Positions 33,179-44,545 of a stretch of 64,000 nucleotides of DNA are shown here, piece by piece. How positions within the stretch are numbered: the stretch's first letter is position 1; every line of letters starts with the position of its first letter. A model generated the notes under the pieces. That model ran no database searches and had not been told where the DNA came from. It was given only the letters and a program-made list of their open reading frames with translations. The stretch is from an uncultured Chloroflexia bacterium (lineage in GTDB: Bacteria > Chloroflexota > Limnocylindria > QHBO01). Location of the stretch: assembly GCA_963789435.1 (NCBI GenBank), contig CAWBKO010000002.1, positions 141,386 to 205,385 of the forward strand, in the 5' to 3' direction. The position numbers and the translations under genes are program-made.

Positions 33179-33898
33179 ATGAAGCTCGCGCCGTCACTGC
33201 ACCGGGTCGGCTCGGACCTCGTCAACACCTACCTCGTCGAGGAGAACGGCCAGCTCACGCTGGTCGACGCCGGCGTGTCGGGCCAGTGGAATGACCTGCT
33301 GAGCGAGCTCGCCCAGATGGGCCGCTCGATCGCCGACATCCGCGGCGTCGTGCTGACTCACGGCGATCCCGATCACATCGGCTTCGCCGAGCGGCTCCGT
33401 CGCGACCACGGCGTGCCCGTGTACGTCCACGAGGCGGACGCAGCGTTCGCCCGTGGTGAGGACAAGAAGAGCGTCGGCATGGGACCGATGAAGATCGGGC
33501 CGATGCTGCGCTTCATGTGGTACGCCGGTCGCAAGGGTGGGCTGCGCACGACGCCGATCAAGGAGGTCGAGACCGTTACCGACGGCGAGACGCTGCCGCT
33601 GCCCGGCAGCCCGCGGATCATCCACATCCCGGGCCACACCCCAGGGAGCGTGGCGATCCACGTGCCGTCGGTCGACGCACTGTTCGTGGGCGACGCGCTG
33701 ACGACCGGCCACGTGCTGACCGGCGCCATCGGGCCAGCGCCGGCTCCGTTCACCATGGACCCGGCCATGGCGCAGGAGTCGCTCTCCAGGCTCGAAGCCG
33801 TCCCCGCGAAGTGGGTGCTCCCCGGCCACGGCGGCCCATGGAGCGACGGCTCGGCGGAGGCGATTCGCCTCTTCCGAGCCGCAGCTCAGGCCGGTTGA
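33179..33898 (+). CDS. MBL-fold metallohydrolase
   Basis: THGDPDHIG; PGHTPGS; GDA; PGHG. Confidence 0.92.
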   Translation: MKLAPSLHRVGSDLVNTYLVEENGQLTLVDAGVSGQWNDLLSELAQMGRSIADIRGVVLTHGDPDHIGFAERLRRDHGVPVYVHEADAAFARGEDKKSVGMGPMKIGPMLRFMWYAGRKGGLRTTPIKEVETVTDGETLPLPGSPRIIHIPGHTPGSVAIHVPSVDALFVGDALTTGHVLTGAIGPAPAPFTMDPAMAQESLSRLEAVPAKWVLPGHGGPWSDGSAEAIRLFRAAAQAG

Positions 33899-33905
33899 CC
33901 CGTCG

Positions 33906-35540
33906 TCACTCCGGTGGCAGCTCGCGGTAGACGAGATCCACGTCGACGCCCTGACCGCGGCGGACCATCTTGGCGCCGTAGTAGAGCAGCAGGCCCACGA
34001 CCACGATCATCCCCATGAAGGCAGGGATCTGCCACAGGTTGTCCGGGTTGCCGGCGAGCGCCAGGGCCGGGTAGGTGACCGTCAGGTAGACCAGGAACAA
34101 CATGACCGCGATCGCGAGCGGCGCCACGATGTAGAGCACCGGGATGCCGGCGAAGCGAATGTTCGCGGGAGATGCCTGGTAGAGGTCAGGTCTGCGGCTG
34201 GGGAACATGATCGCCGCGATCCCGACGATGACGATGCACACCACGCCGGCCTCGACGCCGAGTGCCAGCCAGGTGAAGAAGTCGGTCGACAGCACGCTCC
34301 AGGCGAGCATGGCCGTCACCAGTCCCATCACCAGCAGGATGGCGGGGACCGGCGAATGCGTGCGCTCGTTGACCTCGGCGAGCTTCTCGGGCAGCAGCCT
34401 GTCGAAGGCCCACGCGAAGACCGATCGAATCGGCATGAAGGTGTTGCCAACCATGGCCGGCAGGCTCCAGAACAGGAAGGAGCCGAGGATGATCACGGCC
34501 AGGATCGGGATGTTATGCACCAGGGAGGCGAGGAACTGGTACCACGGCCCGCTCGGGATCGCGTACGCCTCGTTGCCGCCGGTGTTCAACGCCGCGGCAA
34601 GGTCGTACGGGACCACCTTGAAGAAGAGCAGCAGGCCAACGACGATGAGGATGCCGTCCCACAGCAGCCCGCCGAACATGACCGACAGCTGCCGGCCCCG
34701 GTCGGAGGCGCTCTTCAGCTCGCCCGACAGGTACACGGACCACCAGTTCCACATCATGAAGACCATGATCGCGAACACCGTGGGAAGGGTGGCGTCGAAG
34801 TTCGCCAGGTCGGGCGTAACGCCCGCTGTTCCGGCGGCAGCAAGAACGTCATCGGTGGTGCCTCCACCGAAATCGCCGTTGAGCGAGTTGAAGTTGGAGG
34901 TGAAGCCCGCCGAGTCGCCGAAGAGGAGGGCGAAGAAGGCGATGAACGTGCCGATGGTGGCGATGATCCAGAACCAGTTCTGCCAGCGGAACGTCGTCTT
35001 CACGCCCGAGATGAGGATCACCGTGATCAGCAGGATCATGGCGAGGCCGCCGAGGAAGATCCACAGGTTATCGGTCTGGAAGTTCGTCCCCCACTCCACC
35101 ATCGTCGAGTTGTCGAAGATCACGCCCAGCCCCACGAGGACCGGACCGAGCGCGAACACCGGGAAGAACCGGGCCCAGAAGGTCGCGCCGATCATGGCGG
35201 ACAGGGCCGCCGCGAAGTTCGAGATCATGGCCAGCGGCGGCGACAGGATCCGGCTCACCCACACGTAGTCCCCGCCTGTCCGCGGCATGCTCGAGGCGAG
35301 CAGCGCCATCATGATCAGGACCGGGATGTTGATGACGACCGCGATGATCGTGGCCCACACGGGATCGGCACCGGGAAAGGCCGATAAGGCCCACAGGACG
35401 CCGATGGCAAGGGTGGCGCCGACCGGCGCCGAGAAGACTGCGTTGAAGATCGTCGCGTCCAGCGCGGACGCCTCGCGAACGAGACCAGTGCTGCGTCGAA
35501 CGAAGAGTCCGCTGTCGCCGGATTCGGGAGTGACCGCCAC
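33906..35540 (-). CDS. APC-family permease
   Basis: FVRRSTGLVRE; MPRTGGDYVWVSR; YLSGELK; RSVFAWAFDRLLP; YRELPPE; AGGAGG RBS. Confidence 0.92.
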   Translation of the reverse strand: MAVTPESGDSGLFVRRSTGLVREASALDATIFNAVFSAPVGATLAIGVLWALSAFPGADPVWATIIAVVINIPVLIMMALLASSMPRTGGDYVWVSRILSPPLAMISNFAAALSAMIGATFWARFFPVFALGPVLVGLGVIFDNSTMVEWGTNFQTDNLWIFLGGLAMILLITVILISGVKTTFRWQNWFWIIATIGTFIAFFALLFGDSAGFTSNFNSLNGDFGGGTTDDVLAAAGTAGVTPDLANFDATLPTVFAIMVFMMWNWWSVYLSGELKSASDRGRQLSVMFGGLLWDGILIVVGLLLFFKVVPYDLAAALNTGGNEAYAIPSGPWYQFLASLVHNIPILAVIILGSFLFWSLPAMVGNTFMPIRSVFAWAFDRLLPEKLAEVNERTHSPVPAILLVMGLVTAMLAWSVLSTDFFTWLALGVEAGVVCIVIVGIAAIMFPSRRPDLYQASPANIRFAGIPVLYIVAPLAIAVMLFLVYLTVTYPALALAGNPDNLWQIPAFMGMIVVVGLLLYYGAKMVRRGQGVDVDLVYRELPPE

Positions 35541-35586
35541 GCCAAACCTCCTGCCCGGGCGGCGCTCCCTCCGTACCGCCAGTGGC

Positions 35587-35645
35587 TTGACAAGCGCCTT
35601 GTGACGCGGCGATAGTCGAACACAAACGAACATCATTCGTCAACA
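35587..35645 (+). promoter_or_regulatory. Divergent promoter region with DeoR-type direct repeats
   Basis: TTGACA(35587)-18-GATAGT; CGAACA at 35617 and 35627, TCAACA at 35640. Confidence 0.6.
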
Positions 35646-35673
35646 TTTCTTGTGAATTCGGCGGAGGTCCCGA

Positions 35674-36534
35674 GTGCCGTCTACGGCGAGGCGCAGGTCC
35701 AGGTCGCGGCCGGTGCGCGCCGCGGATCGGCGGCATGCGATCCTCGCCCGCGTCGCCGATGAGCAGACCATCCGTGTCGGTGAGCTGGCCCATGAGCTCG
35801 GGTGCTCCGAGATGACCATTCGGCGGGACATCCGCCGGCTGGAACGCGATGGGTTCCTGCGCCAGACGTATGGCGGCGCGACGGCGCACATCACGCGGTC
35901 CTTCGACATCAGCTTCAACGCACGGGCGCTGCTCGCGGCGCGCGAGAAGCGGCTGATCGGGATGCGCGCGGCCTCGCTGGTCGAGGGAGCGCGGGTGCTG
36001 TTCGTGGGCATCGGCAGCACCGCCGAGCAGTTCGCGCAGTACCTCCCCGCGCGGCGCGACCTGGCGGTCGTCACCGCCAGCCTGCCGATCGCGAGCCTGC
36101 TGGGGACCCGGCCGCTGCGAGTCGTGGCGATCGGCGGGTCCGTGCTGCGCGAGGAGCTGACCTGCGTTGGCCCGATCGCCACCGCCGCGCTGGCCCACTA
36201 CCGATTCGACGCGGCCGTCATCGGCGCCGCGGGAGTCTCGGCACGCTGGGGAATCACGGAGCTCACCGAGGAGGAGGCCGCCGTCCAGCGCGCCGCGCTG
36301 GAGCGTACGGAGCGCGTGATCGTCATCGCCGATGGCTCCAAGGTGGGCACCGCGACACCCATCGTGGTCGCACCGGCACGAAGGATCACGACGCTGGTCA
36401 CCGATCCGGCAGCCCCGGAGGACGAGCTCGACAGGCTGCGCGGCCTCGGGATCGAGGTGCTGATCGCCGAACGAGCCGCGCCGACCAGGCTGGAACCGAT
36501 CGGGCCGGATGCCCGTGCTGCCGCCGGAGCTTGA
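35674..36534 (+). CDS. DeoR/GlpR-family regulator
   Basis: SEMTIRRDIRRL; TYGGA; EKRLIG; IADGSK. Confidence 0.92.
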   Translation: MPSTARRRSRSRPVRAADRRHAILARVADEQTIRVGELAHELGCSEMTIRRDIRRLERDGFLRQTYGGATAHITRSFDISFNARALLAAREKRLIGMRAASLVEGARVLFVGIGSTAEQFAQYLPARRDLAVVTASLPIASLLGTRPLRVVAIGGSVLREELTCVGPIATAALAHYRFDAAVIGAAGVSARWGITELTEEEAAVQRAALERTERVIVIADGSKVGTATPIVVAPARRITTLVTDPAAPEDELDRLRGLGIEVLIAERAAPTRLEPIGPDARAAAGA

Positions 36535-36544
36535 GGAAGCGTCC

Positions 36545-37367
36545 GTGGAAACGTTCAACCGGATCTTCGGCGTCCCAAAGCCGGTGATCGCCATGCTTCA
36601 CCTGCCGGCGCTTGCCGGGGCGACCGCTCCACGACCGCGCGGCCGGCGTGACGGGTGCCGTCGATGGTGTCGCACGCGACCTGGAGGTCCTCCAGGCTGC
36701 CGGGGTGGACGGCGTGCTCTTCTGCAACGAGGCCGACCTTCCCTACCAGCTCAAGGTCGGACACGAAATCACCGCGGCGATGGCATCGGTCGTCGGCCAC
36801 CTGCGCTCGGAGGTGCGGGTGCCGTTCGGCGTGAACATCCTGTGGGACCCGATCGCGTCGCTGGCGGTCGCGCGTGCCACCGGTGCGCGCTTCATCCGCG
36901 AGGTCCTGACCGGCGTGTACGAGAGCGACCTTGGGATGATCGAGCCGCAGATCGGAAACATCGCGGGCTATCGGTCCGCGATCGGCGGTGACGACATCGC
37001 GCTGTTCGACAACATCGCTCCGGAGTTCGCGTCCGCCATCGGGACGCGCGGGGTGGCGGAGCGTGCCAGGGCGGCGCACTTCCTGCGCATGGACGCAATC
37101 CTCATCTCCGGGCCGGCCGCCGGTGTGCCATTCGAGATGAGCGACCTGCGTACCGCCAAGGAGGCGGCACCCGAGGCCGCCATCATCGCCAACACCGGCG
37201 TTCGGGCGGATCGCATCGCCGAGATCTTCGAGGTCGCCGACGGCGTCATCGTCGGGACGAGCCTCAAGGTCGACGGCAATACCTGGAATCCGGTCGACGC
37301 CGACCGGGCGAATCGGCTGATGGAGGCCGCGCGCTCGGCGCGCTCATCGCTGTCGGCCGGCGCCTGA
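36545..37367 (+). CDS. BtpA/SgcQ-family TIM-barrel protein (frameshift near 36620)
   Basis: IAMLHLPALPG; NEADLPY; PFGVNILWD; FIREV; ANTGV; IVGTSLKVDG. Confidence 0.9.
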
Positions 37368-37373
37368 CGATCG

Positions 37374-38328
37374 GTGGCCAGCGCGACCCGCATCCTCTTC
37401 GTGACCGATCTCCACGGTTCGTCGAAGTGCTTCCGCAAGTTCATCAACGCCGCGCCGATCTACCGCGCCGACGTCCTGGTCCTGGGCGGCGACGTCGCCG
37501 GAAAGGCGATCCAGACGATCGTGCGAGAGCCCGGGGGCCGATGGCGCTGCCGCTTCATCGGCGCCGAGTACCGCGTGGAGGAAGGGCCCGACCTCGAGGC
37601 CCTGGAGCGGCTGATCGAGGATCACGGCTACTACCCGTACCGCGCCGAGCCAGGTGAGGTCGAGGCGCTCCAGGCGGACGGCGGTTTCGAGAGCCTCTTC
37701 GCAGGCCTCATGGAGAAGCGGCTCGCCGCCTGGCTCGAGCTTGCCGACGAGCGCCTGCGTCCCAACGGGACCCCGCTCTTCTTCATGCTCGGCAACGACG
37801 ATCCGATATCGTTGAGGCCGCTGCTCGACGCAGCGCCGTGGGGGACGCACGCGGAGGGACGCGTCGTGATGATCGACGATCGCCACGAGATGATGAGCTG
37901 GGGATATTCGAACATCACGCCGTGGCACAGCCATCGGGAGCAGACGGAGGAGCAGCTGGCGGCCGCCCTTCGGGAGATGTCGGCAAAGCTCGTGGACCCC
38001 GAGCGTGCCATCGTCAACGTTCACGTGCCGCCCTTCGGGACCCAGCTCGATGATGCACCCGGTCCTCGACGCCGACCTGCGCGTGGTGCAGGCCATGGGT
38101 CAGGTGAAGTTCGCGCCGGTCGGAAGCACGGCGGTCCGCGACTTTCTGCTCGAGAGGCAGCCGCTGCTCGGCCTGCACGGCCACATCCACGAATCCCCGG
38201 GGATCCGTCGTCTCGGACGAACGATCGCCATCAACCCGGGCAGCGACTACGCAACCGGCGTCCTCAACGGGGCGCTCGTGACCCTCAAGGACGGCCGCGT
38301 GGCGGCGCACCAGCTCGTGCGGGGCTAG
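37374..38328 (+). CDS. Icc/calcineurin-like metallophosphoesterase (frameshift near 38058)
   Basis: TDLHGS; GGD; GNDD; HVPP; LHGHIHE; INPGS. Confidence 0.88.
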
Positions 38329-38338
38329 GGAGAGCTCA

Positions 38339-39833
38339 GTGGCGCGAAGGGAGACGCTTGTGGCCATCGACGTCGGGACGTCGAGCGCGCGCGCGGCCGC
38401 CTTCGGTCTCGACGGAAAGCGGCTGTACGAAGTCCGCCAGAGCTATCCCACGACCTCCCCGGCTCCGGGCTGGGCGGAGCAGGACCCGCGCGCCTGGCGC
38501 AGGGCGGCGCTCGCCGCATTGGCGGGGCTGGTCCGCCAGCTCGGACCGCGCCGGCGGGTTGCCGCCATCGGACTCACCGGCCAGTGCCCATCGGTCTGCC
38601 TGGTGGACGACAGGGGCAAACCCGTCAGCCCCGGGCTCATCTATCGCGACAATCGCGCGACGGAGGAGGCGGCCGCCATCCGCGAACGGTTCGGCGATGC
38701 GGCCATCCATGCCCGAACAGGACATCTGCCTTCGGCCTTCCACATCGCCCCGAAGCTCCTCTGGCTCCAGTCGCATGACCCTGCGGCCTTCGACCGGGCC
38801 AGCCAGGCGTTGCAGCCGCGCGACCTGGTCGCGCATGCGCTGACCGGGGAGCTTGCGACGGATGGCACCCATGCCGCCGCCACGCTGGTCTTCGATCTCC
38901 GCGAGCGGGCATGGGCCGCCGATCTGCAGGCAGCGCTGGGCCTCTCCCCCGACCTCTTTCCACCCGTGCGCGACTCATCCAAGCCGCTGGGCGGCCTGAC
39001 GCCGCGCGTCGCTCGGCGGGTCGGCTTGCATGCCGGCGTGCCGGTCGTCCTGGGCGGAGCGGATTCGCAGGCCTGCGCGCTCGGCGCCGGCGTCATCGCG
39101 CCGGGGCCCGTCAGCGAGATGGCGGGCTCGTCGACCTGCCTGAACGCCGCCGTGCCGGACCCGTTGCCCGTGCTGGAGGTCACCCACTATCCGCACGTGG
39201 TGCCGGGCTCGTACACGACCGAGACCGGAATCAACACCGCCGGCGCCGCGGTCGCCTGGGTGGCCGACCTGCTGTACGCCGCCCGCGGGCGCAGGGCGGG
39301 GGCGTCCGACTACGCACGCCTCGACCGCGAAGCGGCCGCGGTTCCTCCGGGAGCCGATGGCGTCCTGGCCTTCCCGGTCCTGGCCGATGGCGAGCGAACC
39401 GATGCGGATCTGCGCGCCGCATTCACCGGCCTCTCGCTTCGTCACGACCGAGCCGTGCTGGCTCGCGCCGTCATGGAGGGCGTGGCCTTTGCCATTCGGG
39501 ACCAGCTGGACCTCATCAGGACGGGTGGCGCGACGGTGACCGAGCTTCGGGTCTCGGGCGGGGACACGCAGGCTTGCGACCTGGAACCGGATCAAGGCGG
39601 ACGTCATCGGCGTGCCCGTGGTCCGGGTCCCCGGTGATGCGGCGGTGGGCGGCGTCGCGATGCTTGCGGGCCTGGGGGCGGGGCTCTACGGCGACGTCGA
39701 CGATGCGATCCAGCGATGCGTCCACCTCACCAGGCCGATCGAACCGAACCCTGCCACCCGGTCGCGGTACGACGAGCGGTTCGAGGCCTGGCGAGAGCTC
39801 GCCGCCGCGAGCGTCGTGCGTCGGACTGCCTGA
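38339..39833 (+). CDS. FGGY-family carbohydrate kinase, xylulokinase-like (frameshift near 39575)
   Basis: IDVGTSS; GWAEQDP; GLTGQ; DNR; GGADSQ; RAVMEGVA; VSGG. Confidence 0.92.
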
Positions 39834-39836
39834 CCG

Positions 39837-40758
39837 ATGCGCCTGCAGCTCGGGATCAACACCTGCTTCGCGGTCAAGCGCTGGCCACGCCCCGACGACT
39901 GGGCGCCGGTGGTTCGCGATCGCCTGGGCCTGCGGACTCGTTCAGCACAGCCTGGATCTCGTCGACACCGCGGCCTCCGCCGAGCGCCTGGACGTGCAGG
40001 CCGCCGAGGTCCGCGCCGCGGTCGCCAAGCACGGCCTCGACCTCCACTCGACATTCACCGGCCTCGCCGCGTACTCGGCGAACCTGCTGCTGGCGCCCGA
40101 TGCGGTCGACCGCGAGGCCGCGCTGGCTGGTACCGACGCATCGTCGCGCTCACCGCGGAGGTTGGGGGCCGCGCGACCGGCGGCCACGTCGGGTGCTTCT
40201 CCGTTTCGGACTGGCGCGATCCGGGCCGACGGTCCGCAGCTCTGGAACGGCCTGCAGCGTTCCCTGGCCGAGCTCGCGACCGATGCCCGGAGCGCGGGGC
40301 TGGAGTACCTCGTCGTCGAGAACCTCGCCGTTGCCCGCGAGCCCTCGACGATGGCGATGATCGGGGAGCTGCTCGACGATGGGGATGCGGCTCGCGTCCC
40401 GATCCGCCTCTGCCTCGACCTCGGCCACATGGTCGTGCCGGGCACCAGCGGGCCGGATCGAGATCCGTATGCCTGGCTTCGCTCGCTCGGCCGGTCCGCG
40501 CCGGTCATCCAGCTGCAGCAATCCGATACGGACGGCGACCACCACTGGCCGTTCACCGAGGCCAACAACGCCATCGGTCGGATCTCGGCAGATCGCGTGA
40601 TCGATGCCCTCGGCGAGGGCGGCGTCGAGGAGAGCGCGCTCGTGCTGGAGGTCATTCCGCCGTTCGAGCAGGACGACGACAGCGTGCTCAGCGATCTCGC
40701 CGAGTCGGTCGACTACTGGCGCGAGGCCCTCTCTCGCCGAGGGGTGCTCGCCGGCTAG
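39837..40758 (+). CDS. Xylose-isomerase-like TIM-barrel sugar-phosphate epimerase, EryC-like (frameshifts)
   Basis: LGINTCFAVKRWP; HSTFTGLAAY; GGHVG; VENLAVAREP; DLGH; QQSD...DHHWPFT; LEVI. Confidence 0.75.
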
Positions 40759-41505
40759 TGCCGGACCTCCTCCGGCGTCTCGTACCAGCGCACCCGCTCG
40801 CCGACCCGGCCACGAACCCGCCAGGCGAGCGACTTGCGCCCTGCGGCGATCGCGGCCAGCAATGCCTCCGCTTGTACGACTGGATCGAAGAGCGTGTCAG
40901 CCGGCTTGCGCTCGCCTGCGTGGGCCGCCACGGCGCGCAGGTTGCGTTCGAGGGTGTGACAGAGGCCCCAATCGGTGCCGGTCAGCGCCAGGATGCGCGA
41001 CAGGTCGATCGCATCAGGCTCGGGCCGATCCGCCAGCCGCCGGTCCGCCAGCAGGCACGTGATGTCGCCGAGGTCCTTGGCGTTGATCTCCCACACCTGG
41101 AGCTTGGTGAGCAACAGGTCGGCGAGATCGATGGTCGGCAGTCCAGGCTCCAACCGTCCGTGCAGGTCAATCAGGTGCGACATGCGCAGCTCGTCAACCA
41201 CGACGTCGATGGTCCAGAGCCGCTCGGGGTGAGCCGAAATTCATCCGCTGAGCGCCGTGGATCGAGTTGAAGAGCCGCTCGGGGACGTAGCCCTGCTGCT
41301 CCAGGAAGGGCGTGACGGCACGGCCGTCACGCTTGCGTACGGCGAAGTCGAGGTCGTCGTAGGTTCGCGCGAACGGCGGGACGCGCACCGATGGCGAGAC
41401 CAGCCAGACCGCCAGTCCGCCCATCAGCCGCAGCCCGAGGTTGGCAGCGGCAGCCGCGGCGCACAATCGCTCGGCTTCGGCGCGGATGTCAGTGGCGATC
41501 GGCAC
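40755..41505 (-). CDS. Uncharacterised nucleotidyltransferase-fold protein (frameshift near 41225)
   Basis: LRLMGGLAV (hG[GS]); YDDLDF (DxD); IDVV; LLLTKLQVWEINAKDLGD; WYETPEE. Confidence 0.72.
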
Positions 41506-41632
41506 AACGCCGCGCATTCTAGCCGTGGCCCAGCCCGACTGACCTCATGGGGAGACCCTGGGCGAAAGGTACTGGTCGGCGCAAGGCAGTCGGTGCATTC
41601 CTGCAACGGCGGGCGACGGGCACACTCTCCTC

Positions 41633-41830
41633 ATGACCCAGTTAGACCTTCAGCTCGCCGCCCTCCGCCACCGACGCCGTTCGATTGGCTTCGTCGCGTG
41701 GTTCCGCGGCCTGCGTCCCTTCGACCGCCGCGCAATCCGGGAGCCGGACGAACGTGATGACTACTGGGTCAACGTCCAGCGGCGCCTCGCCGAGAGCGAC
41801 ACCGCCTCACTGAGGCGCTTCGAGCCCTAG
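41633..41830 (+). CDS. 65-aa hypothetical protein
   Basis: Clean ORF filling an intergenic gap; no motif. Confidence 0.5.
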   Translation: MTQLDLQLAALRHRRRSIGFVAWFRGLRPFDRRAIREPDERDDYWVNVQRRLAESDTASLRRFEP

Positions 41831-41865
41831 CTTCAACTGCGATTGCGGCCGCTACGATAGGCGGC

Positions 41866-43245
41866 ATCGACGGCGATCTTCAGGAACGCACGCGCGAACT
41901 GGCCGAGGAGCTCGGAATTCCCGGCGTGGCCGTTGGCGTCTTCCACGAGGAGCAGGAGCGGTACGCCTACCACGGCGTGACGAGCGTCGACAACCCGCTT
42001 CCGGTCGACGGCTCGACGCTCTTCCAGTTCGGCTCCACCGGCAAGACCTTCACATCGGTCGCGATGCTGCGGCTCGTGGAGCAGGGCCGCGTCGATCTCG
42101 ATGCACCGGTCCGCACGTACGTTCCCGAGCTGCAGCTGAGGGATGAGCGCGCGGCGGAGACCGTCACCGTCCTCCAGCTCCTCAACCACACCGCCGGGTG
42201 GTCCGGCGACGACTTCACCGATACCGGCGACGGCGACGACGCCCTGGCCCGCTACGTCGAGCACATGGCCGGGCTGGCGCAGGTCTCGCCGCCGGGACGC
42301 ATCGTCTCGTACAACAACACCTCGCTCTCCCTCGCCGGCCGGATCATCGAGAAGGTCACCGACCAACCGTACGAGCGGGCGATCCGCGACCTCGTCCTCG
42401 GGCCGATCGGGCTCAGGGACACCCTGTTCTTCCCGAACGAGATCATGACGCGCCGATTCGTCGTCGGGCATCGGCGCGAGGAGGACGGCACGCTCAAGGT
42501 GCTCCGTCCCTGGGCGATGGCGCGCAGCGGGAACGCCATGGGCGGGCTGTCCGCGACGGCGCCGGATCAGATCCGATGGGCGCGTTTCCACCTCGACGCC
42601 GGGCGCACCCAGGACGCAATCCAGCTCCTCAGCCGGGAGCTCGTCAGTCGCATGCAGGAACCAACCGCCCAGTCACTCGGCTCGTCCATCGGCGACGCGG
42701 TGGGGATCTCCTGGCTTCTGCACGACATCGACGGCACGCGGATCGTTGCTCACGGCGGCGCGACGATGGGCCAGCACGCCGGATTCACGATGGTGCCGGA
42801 GCATCGGTTCGCGGTCATCTCGCTCACGAACGCCGAGCCGAACGGCCCGCTCTTCAACCGGCGCATCCGGGACTGGGCGCTCGAGAGCTACCTTGAGCTC
42901 GTCGAGCCGGACCCGGTCCCCGAGGGACGCTCGGCCGAAGCGCTGGCCGCCTATGCCGGGCGCTACGCGGACAGCTCGATCATCTACGACGTTACCGTCG
43001 ATGGAGACCACCTGCGGAGCGTCTGGGAGCCGACCGCGGAGCTGATCGCCCAGCTGGGTGAGGACGCAAACTACCGCGAGCCGCCCGTCCCTCATCGGAT
43101 GCTTCCCGATTCGGACCGCTGGGTGGTGACAGAGGGTCCATCGGACGGAGAGCGCGGGTTCTTCACGCGCGACCCGGCAACGAACGCCGTCACCGGCATG
43201 CATGCCCACGGCCGCTTCATCCCCCGCGTGGGCGATCCCGAGTGA
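41866..43245 (+). CDS. Serine hydrolase, beta-lactamase/PBP-like
   Basis: FQFGSTGK (SxxK); LLNHTAG; SYNN (YxN); HGG; homology extends upstream of GTG 41926 to an ATC at 41866. Confidence 0.9.
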   Translation: MDGDLQERTRELAEELGIPGVAVGVFHEEQERYAYHGVTSVDNPLPVDGSTLFQFGSTGKTFTSVAMLRLVEQGRVDLDAPVRTYVPELQLRDERAAETVTVLQLLNHTAGWSGDDFTDTGDGDDALARYVEHMAGLAQVSPPGRIVSYNNTSLSLAGRIIEKVTDQPYERAIRDLVLGPIGLRDTLFFPNEIMTRRFVVGHRREEDGTLKVLRPWAMARSGNAMGGLSATAPDQIRWARFHLDAGRTQDAIQLLSRELVSRMQEPTAQSLGSSIGDAVGISWLLHDIDGTRIVAHGGATMGQHAGFTMVPEHRFAVISLTNAEPNGPLFNRRIRDWALESYLELVEPDPVPEGRSAEALAAYAGRYADSSIIYDVTVDGDHLRSVWEPTAELIAQLGEDANYREPPVPHRMLPDSDRWVVTEGPSDGERGFFTRDPATNAVTGMHAHGRFIPRVGDPE

Positions 43246-43265
43246 CCGACACGCGCGAGGGCCCC

Positions 43266-44545
43266 ATGATGTCCGCACCGATGCTCACCCAGGCCGAGCC
43301 CGCCTGCCTCGTCATTGCCGACATCTCCGGCTACACCAGCTTTCTGGCCGGGGCGGAGCTCGACCATGCCCAGGACATCCTGGCCGACCTGATGAGCACC
43401 GTCGTCACCAATGTTCGGCCGACGTTCCGCCTTGCCAAGCTCGAAGGCGACGCGGCGTTCGTCTATGCGATCGCCGAGAGCATCGACGGACCGCTGCTAC
43501 AGGACACGATCGAGCGCTGCTATTTCGCATTTCAGCGCCGGCTGCGGGACATCCGCCGCGCATCGAGCTGCGAATGCGACGCGTGCGTACTCGTCCCGAA
43601 ACTCGACCTCAAGTTCGTCGCGCACCACGGACAGGTCATTCGCCAGCGAATCGCGTCGGCTGGGAGGAGCTCGTCGGGAGCGACGTGATCGTCGCGCACC
43701 GCCTGCTGAAGAACAGCCTCGAAGAAGCGACCGGCATCGGCGCCTACGCGCTCTACACCGATGCCTGCGTGGCGGCCATGGGCCTGACCGATCCGCGCGC
43801 GGCCGGCATGGTCGAGCATCGCGAGACCTTTGATGGCGTCGGGGAGATCGTCAGCTGGGTGGTCGACCTCCATGCAGCATGGACGGCCGAGCTCGCGCGT
43901 TCGCGGATCGTGATCGGAAGGAAGGGCGCGTTGCGAGTCTACGAGGCGACGCTCGACGCGCCACCGGCCGTGGCCTGGGAGTACGTCACATCGCCGGCGC
44001 TGCGGCCGAAATGGCAATACGGCGTCGAGGCGGTGCAGCAGGAGTCCGGCCCGGTGGGGCGACGCGGCGTCGGAACGGTGAACCACTGCATCCACGGCAA
44101 GGACGCGATCATCGAAGAGGTCCTCGACTGGCAACCAAACGACTACGTCACGTACCGATCTCTCCTGCCGGCTCCCGGCGTCCCCAAGCTCTCAAACACC
44201 TTCGCATTCGAGGACCTCGGCGATGGCAGATCGCGGATGACCGCGGTGTTCGGCCGGCCGCGATCGGCGAAGGACAGGGCGATCGCAGAGGGCCTGGTGC
44301 CTCTGCTCGACGACATGATCGAGCGCGGGCTCATCTCGCTGACCGCGCTGATTGCCGCCGGCTCAAGGTCAGCCGCTGGTGCCGATGGTCTCGCCGAGCC
44401 AGAGCTCCCATCACCTCGCGGCCGAAACGTCAGCGAGCCAATGAGAGCCGGCCCAGGTGAACCGCCATCAGCACTCCCCAGATCGGCAGGAGGACCAGCC
44501 ACGCAAGAGCGCCAGCGTAAACGAGCATCCCCTCGCCACCGCTGA
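43266..44545 (+). CDS. DUF2652 (cyclase-like) plus SRPBCC fusion (frameshift near 43655; 3' end uncertain)
   Basis: IADISGYT; KLEGDA; CECDAC; LKFVAHHG; DVIVAHRLLKN; GTVNHCIHG. Confidence 0.85.

Noticed and set aside
44430-44545. Real 116-nt convergent gene overlap
   Set aside because: The DUF2652 tail is low-complexity and probably extended by an indel
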